DNA of 64,000 bases from positions 142,724,001 through 142,788,000 of the forward strand of contig OZ024740.1 of assembly GCA_964016885.1 (NCBI GenBank), in the 5' to 3' direction. A program made the position numbers and the translations under genes. The DNA comes from Eledone cirrhosa. Taxonomy: Eukaryota. The notes below the pieces were generated by a model. It was not told where the DNA came from. It searched no databases and saw nothing but the letters and a program-made list of their open reading frames with translations. This document shows, one piece after another, positions 40,663 to 54,805 of the stretch (the stretch's first letter is position 1; every line of letters begins with the position of its first letter).

Positions 40663-43600
40663 ATGTATGTATGTATGTATGTATGTATATACAGAGAGAG
40701 AGATGCATAAATAAAGTAGAAGTCAGTCAATTAGAGACCATAACAATCATAAATTTTTATATATCTATATTGATAGCAATTTGGAAACCGAACACCGGAC
40801 ATGATTGCTCCAGACAAAACACTAGCTATTGTTAGGTTTGATGGAAATTTTTTGTCTGTGAAGGATATCACTAGATGGAATGAGAAAGAAACTAGAAACT
40901 TAAGGAAAACAGACACAGAAATGAGATAAGAATGGTTTGTGTGAGAAAGAGGCAGAGAGTGAGAGACAAAGTGAAAGAGAAGGGAAATAGAATAGAAAAA
41001 AGGAAAGGAAGGAAGAAAGAAAGAATGAATGAAAGAAAGAGAGGAGAGATATAAAGAATCAGAGAAAAGAAGGATAAAGAATGAAAGAAAGAGAATAAAG
41101 TAAGAAAGTAAAAAAAGAAAACAAGAAAGAAGAATAAGAATGTTCAGGCTGATGATGATAGAGATGTAAAAAAATAGATAGAATTAGATAGAACGTAATA
41201 TAGTAATAGTGGTGTTGGTGGTGGTGGGGGGGGGGGGGGGGCATTATGTCACCTTCAGTAGATGATTTAGAAACAAGGTTTTTTTGTTTGGTTGTTCGTT
41301 TTTTGTGAAATTATTCTCTAGATCTTTAAGTACTGGCTTACATTGTACTTAATTCTGTAGAATTAAAAAACAATCCTTTCAAATAGAAAAAAGATTCTTT
41401 ATACTGTGATAAATAACACACAATACTTCTTGTCAGCACTTCTTAACTACATAATACCTCTAAGGCTATACAGCTACAAAAAAAAATGAAAGAAAAAACA
41501 TGCAGTCATTTTCCCTACCTTAGAATTTCATCACTTAGATATTCATTTTTGGGTTGTACATTCTTGATTTTTACTTATTCAAATCGTTTGTTGCTTTATT
41601 TTGTTCGGGGGGGGGGGGGGGGGGGGGGGGGGTTAGTCAAGGGAAGAAGAATAGTGGCCGTGACCCTTTTCAAAATCTCAGGAACTAATGGGAGAGACCT
41701 GACACAAATGCTTTCAACAGAGTGAACTCCACTAAAGACACCCAAAGACCAGGTGCTGGTGTTAAACCAGGCAAGAGACCACCACCCCAAGAACTGGGCA
41801 ATAAATTAAGTCTCAAAAAATGACATTGACCATACCAACCTAAACAGCATCTTTGATCACTGAAAAATAGATAATAAAGCTAAGCAAGTTAACATTGTAG
41901 ATTTTCCATAATTTAACCTACTCAATGCAGCAACCAAATTGCCCTCAACAATCTCCTCTTAATTGGGGAACCACATTTGTTGGTTCACCAAAGGTTTCTC
42001 TTAATCTGTCTACAAACTCCTTCTCTACTCTGCTGTTATTAATCCCTCTTTACACTAAAAACAAAAGCTATTACTAATTCTTCTTACTAGTCCTTCACGC
42101 CATCTTTAATACGTCACCACCTCTATCAGTTCACCTAATTTGATGTATTTCTATGTTAATGACATGTTAACTTATTAGAAATTGATCCCGTTTAGATAAA
42201 TTTGATAGCTCTAAATAAATTTGTTCAATTCTTTCTAATATAAGCGCATGGCTGGCCAGGAATTTTGTAGTTGAGGAACAATCCTTTACTTGGTTGGTAC
42301 TTTCTTTTATCAACTCCAGAAAGATGAAGGCAAAATCAACCTTAGTGGGCTTTTATATCAGAATGGAAAGTGCCATCACTATATACCTCATGGCATTTTG
42401 TCTAGTTCTCTAACAATTCTACCAATTTACTGCCCTTCTTAGAACTTCTTTGTAAGGTTCTATTAATAACACCAAATCTTTAGAAAGATTTTTTTATTGT
42501 TACGATTTTCTATTTGACCTGAGATATCATAATTTTTACATATACAGGTGTGTTAGATTCCTAGATAATGTATGTAACCTTGCATGAGTCAACCTGTTTG
42601 CTATGGAATAGGTTTCACACATACTTCATGGTTGACTGGTTAATATTGATTTCTAGCATTGGCACAATACTACAAATTTGGGAGGAGGGTATAGTTAATT
42701 AAATAAACCGCAGTACTTGACTAGAGTAGAAGTAGTTTAAGCAGACATCAATCGATCTCTCCTGTCTTTACTTCTACCAAGTAAAAAAAATGAATTTTTA
42801 TCAAACCAACAATGTTGAAAGGCAAAGTTAACCTCAGCAGGATTTAAATTCATATGGAAAGAAGCTGATCATTAGATTGGACCAAGGGAACTGTTTCCAT
42901 TGGTCTTTCCATTGCTGATACAATCTGCTGGTTGCAACTCTTGGTGGAAGGAAGCAGGATTTAAAATGAGAATGAACAGAGCAGGGTCAGATACCACAAA
43001 GAATCCTGTCTGAATCTTTAAAAGTTCCACCAATCCACTGCCCCATGGACTGTTACTTTATTTATCAACCCTAATAGGATGAAAGGTAAAGTTGACCTCG
43101 ACAGGATTTAAACTCAGAGTGCAGAGAGCTGTAATAAATAGCGACACTCTAACAAGTCTTCCAATGTAAAAGACATTTTGACCAAAACTAGTATTTCTGC
43201 ATGTCCACCATCTTTCTGAAAATTAGGAAGAACATATATCTAGTTGCAGTAATTTTCCAAATTTACAAGTCTCAAACAAGCAAGCATAGGAAAATGGAAA
43301 TAAAACCGTAAACATCTCTTTCAACTAATATTATAATCACAAACATTCATGGTAGCTCATAGGGCTTCTAGGTTATCTATCTACTGTGCTACAGTTGTAC
43401 ATACTGATTTAATCAACTTCATTGAAAACATACTGTTACCAAGCCAATTGATCTTAACGAATATCTATATCAATATTTTAGACAACTATTACTATTCTTT
43501 TATTTTTTACTGATTTTTGTCATTAAGCTGTGGCTAAACTGGGGCACCACCTTATAGGAATTTAGTCACATCTATCAACCCAGGAATTATTTTAAGTCTG

Positions 43601-43955
43601 GTACTTATTTTATCTACCCCTTTTTGTTGAACTGCTAAGTTATGAGACATAAATACAGTCATAGATATAAAAGTAAACACAGACATACAAATAGAAACAC
43701 ACAAATATATATATATATATATATATATTCTGAAGAGATTGTTTTGGTAAAAACAGGAGCAAGCAGGAGAAAGCTCTCAACATTTGTAGTTTGCAGTTAC
43801 GATGGAGATTCAGTATAATAATTGTTTCTACTTATGGCACAAGGCCAGCAATTATCCAGTGCATTACTGGTACTTTATTTTATCGACCCCGTAAGAATGA
43901 AAGGCAAAGTTAACCTCGGAAGAATTTGAACTCAGTTCAGTATAATAATAACATC

Positions 43956-44006
43956 AATAAAGATGCTGATGTTACATAAATCATTTGTAACATCAGCATC
44001 TTTATT
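43956..44006. repeat. Perfect 21-bp hairpin with 9-nt loop
   Basis: aataaagatgctgatgttaca-taaatcatt-tgtaacatcagcatctttatt. Confidence 0.9.
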
Positions 44007-46189
44007 AAATAAAAATAAATAAATAAATAAATAAATAAAGCATTATTATTTGCCTTTCATCTTTATGGGGTCTATAAAATAAAGTACCAGTAGTGCAAGT
44101 AATTGCAAGGTGGCAGTAGTAGAGCTTGTTAGTCATGAATTCTTCCCTGAGAATTAAGTAAAGTCTTCTTTTTAAAATAAATTTCAATAGATATCCTCAA
44201 TGTATCACTTTTAGATATATTTATCGACTAATCAAAGGAATTATTTCAAATATTTTTTCTGAAGTTTATTTAGATGAATAGCAATTGTACAATTAAATTC
44301 TCTACAAATTTCAATTCTTTCTTCATACTGTTTTTTGTTTTTTGTTTTTCTGTAGCAATTTACTCTGAGTGCCTTAAAGTATGATTATATGCTAAAATAG
44401 TGCTTTTTGAATGATATCCACATAGTAAAGAGTGTTGGGCTTGTGGACATAAAGTTGTAGGATTGATTCCCAGATTGTGTGGTGTGTTGTGTCCATGTGC
44501 AAAGTAGTTCATTACATGCTGCCTCTGTTCACTCAACTGAAAATGAATACCACCATTAGCTGGTGGTTATCCTTGCAATGGACTGGCCTCCAGTCTAATT
44601 GAGTGGGTCTTGTACACTCAGTTACTTAATACTTTGTGAAATCAGTGTAAGCTCTGCCTTTGTCCATGTAAGCATGGAAGAATGGATGTAAAAATGATGA
44701 CTCTCTCTTTCTCTCTCTAATGGAGAAATTATTAAGAGAAATATGCCGCATTATGTGTTGAAGTAGTTTGAAGCTAAAGATAAGATACATAATTCTGTTA
44801 AGGCATTCTTTACATCAGAAAATATTTGGCACTGGGTTGTGTGCACTTACAATAAAAGTTTTGAATTAAAAGATTCAATAAAGATTAGGCTATAAAAGAA
44901 TGATAAAAATCATTGTGATGTTTGGCTACAATACAGGTTATCTGAATATGTGTATAACTCAAAGTGTACAGATTCCTGGGAAATTATTCAAGAGCTTGTA
45001 AAACATTCACCCAAATAGTTCAATGTAGTTCAATATAAAGGTTCAAGGGAGATAGACAGTTGGTAGGATAAAGGGAGATAGACAAAAAGTAAGATAGATA
45101 AATGGTAAGATACTTAGACAGGCATTTAATATCATAATTGAAAAAAAAATAATACCATTGAGAAGAACAGTGGAAGAGATTAGGAACAACATTATAAGTA
45201 AGTAAACTAGGCCTGAAGAGAAAAAGAATTCATGCATTAATCAACTTAGTTTTCAAGAGCTTCAATTATTACTGCACTGCAAGATTCTTCACAGATCTAT
45301 ACAACTCACACAGTGTTCAAGGATTTTACATTTTCATATTTAAAAATCAATTAATTGTGGAAATTTCCATCTTCTTTTCTCTATGCAACAATTAACCATC
45401 TATTTGTAAGTACAATTGGATATTGAATAGAATTTTTTTTTTTAATTGTCTGTTGTAATCTTTCTCAGGTCGAAATGAAAAGTGAGTACAGTATCTGTCC
45501 ACAGAAGGCTATGTTCATTCAGTCATATATTTTGCACAAATATATTATACACTATTTTTAACCCTTTCATTAGCATATTTATAATGAAGACATTGCCTAA
45601 GTTTTTCAAATAATTTTGTAAATAATCAAATATTTCAAAGGATTTGTAACTTTCATAATTTATCTGGTATTCAAAGTATAACTTAACAATGGTTCTAGAT
45701 AAATAAATAAGGTTTCTAGATAAATAAATACATAAAAACATATTGAAATAAACAGCTTAGTATTGTAGAACCAGAGCAGTTTCAGGCAGTTTGATACCAA
45801 AAAGGTTGATAAGATGTTTATCTTCTGAAATCAATCTGGACATTCAACATACATTATCATCATCATCTACATTATTATCAGTTTTATATCTGCTTTCTCA
45901 TGCTAGCATGGGTTGCATGAGATTTTTTTGAAACAGAATTCTATGGATGGATACCCTTACTGATGCCAACTCTTGTTTTCTTAAATAAGGTACAAATGAA
46001 TCTACATATGTCTAACTACTGAGCAGCCAGACCTCTGTTTATGTCAAATCATAAACAAATATTGCTGCCTCTATGAAGAAAGAAGAGGTAAAAAAAAAAA
46101 TCAGAGACACACAGGTATACCTATCTACTTTCATACATATATAGTCAAAACAATGGCAAGATATGTATACATGTGCAACCAGAAAGGTG

Positions 46190-47525
46190 AGAATTAGCAA
46201 TGAGTAAAAGGATAAGACCCCTTTCAGTCATGAATGACCAATACAGCTTGGTGCCAGTCGACAGTGATCGACAAATAATGAGGGGAGAAGAGCCCCCATG
46301 AACATTCAGCTGTGGACATTCAAAAGCCAATGCTTTGGGTGTCAGGGTCCACACATGACAATGAACTGCAAGGAGCTGAAGCCTGAAATAATTTGCTATT
46401 GATGTAAGCGAGCAGGCCACATTGCCAAAGTTGTGACCAAGGAAACGTTCAAAGGGGAGTTACTGTTCCAGTAGCTAACCCTAGAAGCGAGTAGAGGTGC
46501 TCATGCAGTTTCTGCCTATGGTGGAAGTTCTGGTGGGGGGTAAGCTGTCAAGAGCCTTTGTGGACATGGGCAGCACAATGACTTTAGTGACCCAAGAGTT
46601 TGTTAAAAAGTGGAGCAGGATGGGTAGTGTAAGGACAGTCGACAGCAGAGAGATTAGATATAGAGGTAGTAGTGAGGTGGAGATGGCAGTATGAGGAATA
46701 AAAATATAGCTGCGAGTGATTGTGTTCAACCACGTAATGGATGAAATTGATGTGTTAATGGATGCAATTGGCCACTTAGGAGTGTGCAACAGGGGAACAG
46801 GGAGAACCACGAAGTAAAATGTGCTGTTCACACCATTCAAGACAAAGATTTCCAGACTACGTTTGACAGTCAGCAGTGTATAGTTGTGTGGTATTGGAAA
46901 GGAGATCTCTCAGCATTAAAAAACAGAGTGAGCTGCTATCAGCATACCCTGAAAGGGGATGCTAGGAGCACATTTGAGGGAGAGGTGCAAAAATGGATCG
47001 AGAGAGGCATATTAATCCCTTGGAAGGAGGAGATAAAGAGGGGAGTGTTGCTGCTAATGGCAATGAAGAACAAGGTCAGGCCAGTGCTGAACTTTCTTGA
47101 ACTGAATGAACACATGTCATGTCCCACAGGTGGTGAGGTTACAGATGTCTGCAGGGAAACCTTGCAAGAGTGGAGACAAATGACAGGGGCCTCCATGTTT
47201 GTTGACTTAAAGACGGCATATCTGCAGCTACATATAGCTGAGAAACAGTGGTAGTATCAGCTGGTTAAGTATAAGGGCCACACATACTGCCTGATCAGGC
47301 TGGGGTTCAGGTTGAATTCAGTATCTGAGATCATAGCGATTGTCTCGAGGCTATTCTGGGAAAGGTGGACATGGTGAAAAGAGCTTCCAATTCCTACAGT
47401 GACAATATCTTCACAAATGAGACCATCCTGTGGGCAACAGAGGTTTCAAACCACCTAGAAAGGTTTGGGTAAACCACAAAACTGCCAGAGGCAATGGAAG
47501 GGGGAGCTGCACTGGGACTCAATAT
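46190..47525 (+). pseudogene. Old decayed Ty3/Gypsy gag-pro-RT fragment, same family as 60556-64000
   Basis: RAFVDMGS, QDKDFQTTFD, KVRPVLNF, GGEVTDVCRETL and VDLKTAYLQ align with the right-edge element. Confidence 0.9.
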
Positions 47526-49011
47526 TGAAGCAGAATTCTGGTGACAGCATGTATATTGGCACCTCTCCCACTATTGCCTGGTGGGATAACCTAGGTGATC
47601 TCACTAACAGCAAATGCTTATACTAATGAAGGAATTAAATGAATAAACAGGAAAATATAGAATTATTAAGGGGTTACAAATTAAAATTAAAAACTAATGA
47701 TTAAATGTTAAAGATTAAAAATTAAGAAATGTCCAATTATATGAAGTATATAACCTGCATAATATAGAGGAAACAAGTAAAAGAAGAAAAATAAGGAATA
47801 ATATGGGTATACACACCCGCACATACACATATATATCTACACATATATTTCCACACACATATACAAACAGACACATAGACATATACAAGGATAAAACCTC
47901 AAGACACACATTTGTATAGTACTGAGTGGCTAAAAGCCTGGACATGGGCATGCTCCTGTGCAACTTTGCACAGAAGCACAAGCATAGACAGAGTTTTCAG
48001 TTCCCCATACTCATGCTTAGAGATATATAAACATACACACAGAATGGATATACCATTAATAGATGCATTAAAGTTTATATTATGCCATGGCAGCATGCGA
48101 TAGAGGCAGACCAACGTAGACTCAATGAGGCAAGAGTTGAATCTTTATGATATGAGGGGGAAGTTCCCTGAATAAGTGTTGTATCATCCAGATGCTCCCT
48201 ACAGTAGGCTGTAACAAGCTTGGTGGCCACTGATGCCCTGTGGAAATAAGTATCGGCACATCCGTCAGAATGCATGCACTCATGCACACACATAGATATA
48301 TATACACAGAAGAAAATGACAGAATAAAGATATTATCTCATTTAATGTTTTACAATTGTTATTTTTAGCTTATTTTTCCTTCTGACGAGATATTACTTCC
48401 TTTTATACACGTGTACATAATTTTATTCCATCTTCTTGAATTTTGACTAACTGTGTATTAATCAGTAATAATGCTGATCTTTATTCTATCATTTTCTTTT
48501 GTTGGATATGCTCAATGTTTACATCTATCTTCCTGTATCTTTTACCTTAAGAATATCTCTCATATCTTCTACCTGTAACTACATAAACACATTGAGCTTT
48601 ATATAAAACTATTTGGCAATTATATACTCACCTATATAGCTCTCTGCATACAAATAGATTTATATTTTTACCTTTGCTATGTATATACAGATATAGACAC
48701 CCATATACACACACATATGTACATGTACAAAATTATTCAATGCATAAGAATGTTTGCGAATAAAGTATGTGATAATCAGAAATAAGTATTACCCCATACA
48801 GGGGTGTGTAAGAGGGACTATTAAATATAATCAGCAAACTTATTTAATTTACCAAGTTACTAATAAACACAAATAGAAAAATACACAGATATAATAAAGA
48901 AATATAAAAAGAAATTATAAAAAATAAAAAATAATAATAATGGTTTCTGATTTAGGCACAAGGCCAAGAATGTTGGGGTAGGGGAAAGACAATTAAATCG
49001 ACCCAGTGTGA

Positions 49012-49205
49012 ATAATAATTGTTTCTACTTTTGGCACAAGGCCAGCAATTACCCAGTGCATTACTGGTACTTTATTTTATCGACCCCGTAAGGATGAAAG
49101 GCAAAGTTAACCTCGGCGGGATTTGAACTCAGAATGGCAAGGGCCGTAACTCTATGCATCAAAGCATGGCGTCCGACCTTCTACTGATACTGCCAATCCA
49201 CCGCC
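49012..49205 (-). mobile_element. Full-length tRNA-derived SINE with apparent TSD, adjacent to partial copies
   Basis: Minus strand starts GGCGGTGGATTGGCAG, with B-box GAGTTCAAATCC and core gcctttcatccttacggggtcgataaaataaagtaccag. ccagtgtgaataataat occurs on both sides. Confidence 0.85.
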
Positions 49206-50579
49206 CAGTGTGAATAATAATTGTTTCTACTTTAGGCACAAGGCCAGCAATTACCCAGTTCATTACTGGTACTTTATTTTATCGACCCCGTAATAATGAT
49301 AATTGATTAGTTAATCACTCAATCAATTAAATAAAAATGCAAAAAAAAGAAAGAAAGAAAGAAGTGAAAAGTGCAGAAATGGAAAATAAAGATACAAGAT
49401 AAAAATGATAAGGCTTGTAAATAAAGTTAATGTGAACATTGTCAGTTGATAAAAGCTAGAGTATCTAGCACAGCAGGTCATGAAGTGGATGTTGGCAGAG
49501 AATAATAAAGATGCAAAGCATTATACATTTCCACTGTAAGGGAAGGATGACCTGTAAACACTGACTGGGATGTAGGGTAGTTCAAGAAATCCGCCAACAC
49601 TACACCTGATATTCCCCCTTCATACAGACGCACACCAGTGTGTGTCTGTGCATATATCATGACTCATGCACTGTTCACTTTCCTGACATTTGTACATTAT
49701 ACTATGTACTATACGTGCACTTTTAATGAATTGTAGTGCACCTGAGCAATGTACACAATAATTTTCGTTATTATTATATAGTTTTACTCCAGTAAGTTTT
49801 GTAAAGATCGGGTATTAGAGTTGACATATTAAAGTGAGCTCAGTTATTGTATTCCCAGTACTGAAACAGTAGGTGTACTGAAATGGTTTGTTCCTTTATG
49901 AGCTACTTTGGTCCAGCTGGTCCCAGTAATTCTTATATAAATTTACCAGGTGTCTATCCATCTGATGGGACAAGAAGTGGTGGTGTCTCAGGTTCCATAG
50001 GTGAATCTAGTTACAGGGTTACACATAAAATAAAGAATATTGTGGGAGAACGGGAGGATTTACACTTCTTTAGTTCCTCTTAGTCTTTCTTGCAATATTC
50101 CTTATTTTGTATGTAGAATATGGTGATCATTTGCTGGATGCTCATTTACATATAGCAAATATAAAACATCGGCAGGAATTGCTCATTTGCATATAGTGTG
50201 AAATTAGCTGTTTATATTAAATTGGTAATAGTACAAGACAAAGTTTAAGCATTTTAAGGGTGTGTATGAAAACATATACAAACATATACTATACATTTAT
50301 ATACAATTACAAGGGCGGTGCCCCAGCATGGCCTCAGCCGGATGGCTGAAACAGGTAAAAGAGTAATAACAGGAGGGGGCATGGATCAAATGGGTGTGTG
50401 TAGTGATGGTGATGATAACAGATAGTGGGAGGGGTTTGGGAGGGAAGAGAATAGGTACTAGGATGCAATAGTAAGAGAATCAAAAGGCTTTTGAGGAGTG
50501 AGTAGCTAAAGAGTGAAAAGGCTGTTGAGTGGGAAGCAGATAAGGAGTGAATGCTGGAGGGAGCATGGGGAGGCAAGGG

Positions 50580-51380
50580 TGTATACAGTCACATCTCCTA
50601 TTCATAAACTTCATGGACAGGATTGACATGCACTGCTGGGTTGGAAGTGGTATCGAGACTGGTGGGTATAGGATCAGTCTTCAGGAATTTGTGGCTGACA
50701 TGTTACTACTTAACTCATCAGAAGGTGATTTCCAACAGGCACTTGATAGGTTTGCATAGCAGGAATGAGACTCAGTGCTGCGAAGACTGAGACACTCATC
50801 CTCTCAATAGAGCCTGTGCAGTGCATTCTACATGTGAGTGGAGTTCCACTGAAGCAGGTGGAAGAGTTCAAGTATTTCAGGACCATGTTCAATTCAGAGG
50901 TGAATTAAGTGCAAGAATAGCAGAAGTTGGGGCAGTAATGTGTCAGCTTTAGCATTCAGTCATCAGAAGATGGAAGGTAGGTGTAAAACCAAATTCGCTA
51001 TCTTCAATTCAGTATTTGTACCAGCTCTTACCTATAATCTTGGGTAATGACCGAAAGAATAAGATTGCAAATATAAGTGGTCAAAATGGGGCTTCTCTGA
51101 AGGGTCTTTGGAGTAACATTACTCAATAGAATGTGTTTCTCGGCGATCAGGGAGTCAATCCCTGTAAAGTCACTACTTCTCCAAATGAAGAGATTACAGC
51201 TCTGATATCACAGACATGTAGTTAGAATGTCTCAGGAAAGAATCGCTGGATAGATTTTATAGGCCAAACCAACTGACAGGAGACGCAGGGGTAGATACTG
51301 AGCAAGATGGTTGGATAATATCCATGGTCTCACATGGGGATTCAGCTGGATCATTTGGAGATGGTTGTTTCTGACAGGAC
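50580..51380 (+). pseudogene. RTE-clade RT C-terminal fragment (second family), decayed
   Basis: RQGCIQSHLLFINFMD, FVADMLL, LKQVEEFKYF, RRRGR. Confidence 0.75.
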
Positions 51381-51423
51381 CCAACCTCATAATCTCTCAT
51401 CACCTTGAAAGTTTAAACCTTGA

Positions 51424-52072
51424 AAGTACAACAGATGCCCTCTTCTTAGTGAGGCAACTACAAGAGAGGTTCTTAGAGAAGAATAAGCCACTATACTTAG
51501 CTTTTGTTGACCTAGAGAAGGCCTTTGATAGGGTACCCCGATCTGTCATCTTGTAGTCCCTAAGGAACTAGGTGTAGAGGAATGGCTTGTGAGGACAGTG
51601 CAAGCTATGTACAGGAGTGCTGTCAGTAAAGTGAGAATAGGAATGGAGTTTAGTGACGAATTCCAGATACAAGTAGGTGTACATCAAGGTTCGGTCCTCA
51701 GCCCGCTCTTGTTCATTATAGTCCTCTAAGCCATAACAGAGGAGTTTAAGACTGGATGACCATGGGAACTTTTCTATGCTGATGATCTGGTTCTTATAGC
51801 AGAATCAGTAGAGGAGCTAGAGAATAAATTCTGGCTATGGAAACAGCAGTTGGAAGCAAGGGGACTGAGAGTGAACCTAGCTAAGACAAAAGTATTGATA
51901 AGTAGAAAAGGGGACAATACTCTGATTCCATCAGGGAAACGGCCATGTTCGATATGTAGGAAAGGAACTGGCATAAATTCCAAAAAATGTACGCAATGCA
52001 GATCTTGGGTACGCAAGAGATGTAATGGGATAGCAGGCAAACTAACAGGTAGGGAAAACTACATACGCAGTA
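51424..52072 (+). pseudogene. RTE RT fragment
   Basis: STTDALFLVRQLQERF, FVDLEKAFDRVP and YADDL. Near-identical to 39270-39920. Confidence 0.9.
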
Positions 52073-52099
52073 AAAATTTGGCAGTAATAATCGCTGTGA

Positions 52100-52935
52100 G
52101 AGACTCTTCATGACCTGGTCAACTAACTTAATGCCGCTATAGTTTCCCCTATCTAGAGCATCTCCTTTACCCTTGTAGCAGTTAATGATGCTGCTACGCC
52201 AGTCATTTGGTATGACCCCATTCTGTATTACTTGGTTTATTATCCGGGTGACCATAATATGTCCCATCATTCCAGATGCTTTCAACATCTCAGCAACTAT
52301 CTCCGAAGGCCCAGCTGCCTTGCCTGTCTTCATATCTTTGATTGCCTTACTTATTATACAACCAGTAACATGTACTGCTGGTCCTTCTATTTGATCGGTT
52401 TGGGGCAGACTATCTTTTTCCCAATTATTTTCCTCATTTAGTAGTCTCTTGTAGTGACACTTCAAAGCTACCTTCTTATCAGTATCAATGAGGGCAAGTA
52501 CACCATCATCATTATGGACACACTTCTCCCCGACAATATCACGGTTTTCCTTGACACATTTTCTTGCAATCCTGAACACCTCATGTTTTTGGTCCTCGCG
52601 TTGTAGAACATGCTTGAACTTTCTATCCTCAACTTCCCTTCTTGCAAAGTACACTTGTCTCCTAGCTTCTCTCCTGTCCACTTGATAGTGTTCTCTACTT
52701 CCCCCATCCTGCCATACTTTCCAAGCCTGCTTTTTGGCCTTGATTGTCTCCTCCACCTTACTGTTCCACCACCAAGTTACTCTCCTTCTGCCTATAGGCC
52801 TGCTCCAGCCACAGATTTCATCCATCGCCTTCAGCAGGTTAACTTTCAGGAATTCCCACTGTTCCTCTATATTGTACGTCTCTAATTGCTCTTCCTTACT
52901 GTCAAACGCATCAAGTAATAAGCTTTTAAATTTGT
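52100..52935 (-). pseudogene. RTE fragment (pre-RT region), different subfamily
   Basis: VTWWWNS, KAAGPSE, GVIPNDWRSS, YKGKGDALDRGNYSGIKL. Confidence 0.9.
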
Positions 52936-52978
52936 CATATATAATATATATAAATATAATATATATAATATATATATA

Positions 52979-53062
<84 letters not shown>

Positions 53063-53108
53063 TATATACGATATTAACAAATGGAAACTATATTTATAAA
53101 ACCATATT

Positions 53109-53173
53109 TATTTCATTATACATATTTCAAGGACACCAAGTTAAATTATGGTGTGCTTTCATCAGATAAAATA
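53109..53173 (-). ncRNA. Minimal type I hammerhead ribozyme (mirror copy)
   Basis: Reverse complement of 53208-53272. Confidence 0.75.
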
Positions 53174-53207
53174 TAATATAGAGCAGATAAAATATAATAT
53201 ATATCTA

Positions 53208-53272
53208 TATTTTATCTGATGAAAGCACACCATAATTTAACTTGGTGTCCTTGAAATATGTATAATGAAATA
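53208..53272 (+). ncRNA. Minimal type I hammerhead ribozyme
   Basis: TATTTTAT-CTGATGA-AAGCACACCA/TGGTGTCCTT-GAAA-TATGTA-TA-ATGAAATA. Stem I is 8 bp and stem III is near-palindromic. AUA cleavage is predicted after A53264. Confidence 0.78.
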
Positions 53273-53461
53273 AATATGGTTTTATAAATATAGTTTCCAT
53301 TTGTTAATATAGTATTTTTACTCCAATTATTTGTTGAGTGCTTTATATCAGTTATAAAAATATTTGCTTGTTGTATCCCAACAATTTAAATAGAACTTTT
53401 ACATATATATATATATAATATATGTATATATATATATAATATATATATAGTATATATATAA

Positions 53462-54773
53462 TTTTAGGAGCATAAAGCTGATGGATCAGGTTATGAAAGT
53501 GGCAGAGAGAATATTAGCGCAACTAATTAGAGAAAGGGTCAAGTTAGATGAGATGCAGTTTGGTTTTGTGCCTGGAAAAAGTACAACAGATGCCCTCTTC
53601 TTAGTGAGGTTCTTAGAGAAGAATAAGCCACCATACTTAGCTTTTGTTGACCTAGAGATGGCCTTTGATAGGGTACCCCGATCTGTCATCTGGTAGTCCC
53701 TAAGGAAACTAGGTGTAGAGAAATGGCTTGTGAGGACAGTGCAAGCTATATACAGAGGTGCTGTCAGTAAAGTGAGAGTAAGAATGGAGTTTAGTGAGGA
53801 ATTCCAGATACAAGTAGGAGTACATCAAGGTTATGTCCTCAGCCCACTCATGTTCATTATAGTCCTCCAAGCCAGAGGAGTTTAAGACTGGCTGCCCATG
53901 GGAACTTCTCTATGCTGATGATCTGGTTCTTATAGCAGAATCAGTAGAGGAGCTAGAGAATAAATGTTGACTATGGAAACAGCAGTTAGAATCAAGAGGA
54001 CTGAGAGTGAACCTAGCTAAGACAAAAGTGTTGATGAGTAGAAAAGAGGACAAAACTCTGATTCCATCAGGGAAATGGCCATGTTCGATATGTAGAAAAG
54101 GAACTGGCATAAATTCTATAAAACCTACACAATGCAGATCTTGGGTACGCAAGAGATGTAGTGGGATAGCAGGCAAACTAACAGGTAAGGAAAACTACGT
54201 ATGCAGTAGATGTACAGGGAAATTTGACAGTAGAAGTCGCAGATAGACACATTTTTCAAATGCAGGTAGATTCTATAGAAGTGGTTGATAGCTTCTGGTA
54301 CCTAGGTGATCAGATTAGTATGGGAGGAGGGTGTTCCGAGGCTAAAGTATCTAGAATAAGGATGGGTTGGCAGAAGTTTAGGGAGCTGCTTCCTCTGCTG
54401 ACGAAGAAGGGTTTCCCCCTGCGTACGAAAGGCTGGGTTATATGATGCCTGTGTGAGATGTGCAATGCTGCATTGTAGTGAGACATGGGCAGCAACTGCA
54501 GAGGATATGCGATGGCTGGAGAGAAGACTGCAATGGTATGGACATGTGATGCACATGGAGGATGACCACTGGGTAAAGAAGTGCCAAGAAATCCCAGTAG
54601 AAAGAAGAAGCAGTGGAGGAAGACCACGAAAAACATGGGCGGAGGTGGTGAGAGCAGACCTCAGATCACTGAAGCTCACGGAGGAGATGACGAAGGACTG
54701 TGACAAGTAGAGAGATGCTGAATAGGACCCGTCCACCCTTGCAAGCAAGGAAAAGCGGACGTAAAATGATGAT
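53462..54773 (+). mobile_element. RTE LINE 3' half with (GAT)n tail, flanked by (TA)n
   Basis: RT motifs as at 39175-40593, with the same 3' tail. Confidence 0.93.
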
Positions 54774-54805
54774 ATATATATAATATATATATATATAATA
54801 TATAA

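Larger units (their letters stand above)
53071..53402. mobile_element. Young foldback element: 105-bp inverted arms (53071-53175 and 53206-53310) plus tail, inside (TA)n
   Basis: The arms appear to be exact reverse complements. The spacer has a short direct duplication, cagataaaatataatata. Confidence 0.85.

Noticed and set aside
48075-48293. GIY-YIG-like peptide (DGCADTY...CREH)
   Set aside because: It is too degenerate to support without a profile search.
51881-53080. 399-aa ORF as a real protein
   Set aside because: It is a chimera of (TA)n, an RTE fragment and the antisense of another RTE.
52100-54773. Twin-priming inversion of one RTE (the minus piece ends at DQVMK where the plus piece starts)
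   Set aside because: The overlapping 30 nt or so differ at many positions, and the minus piece is clearly diverged from the 38 kb copy that matches the plus piece. They are different subfamilies.
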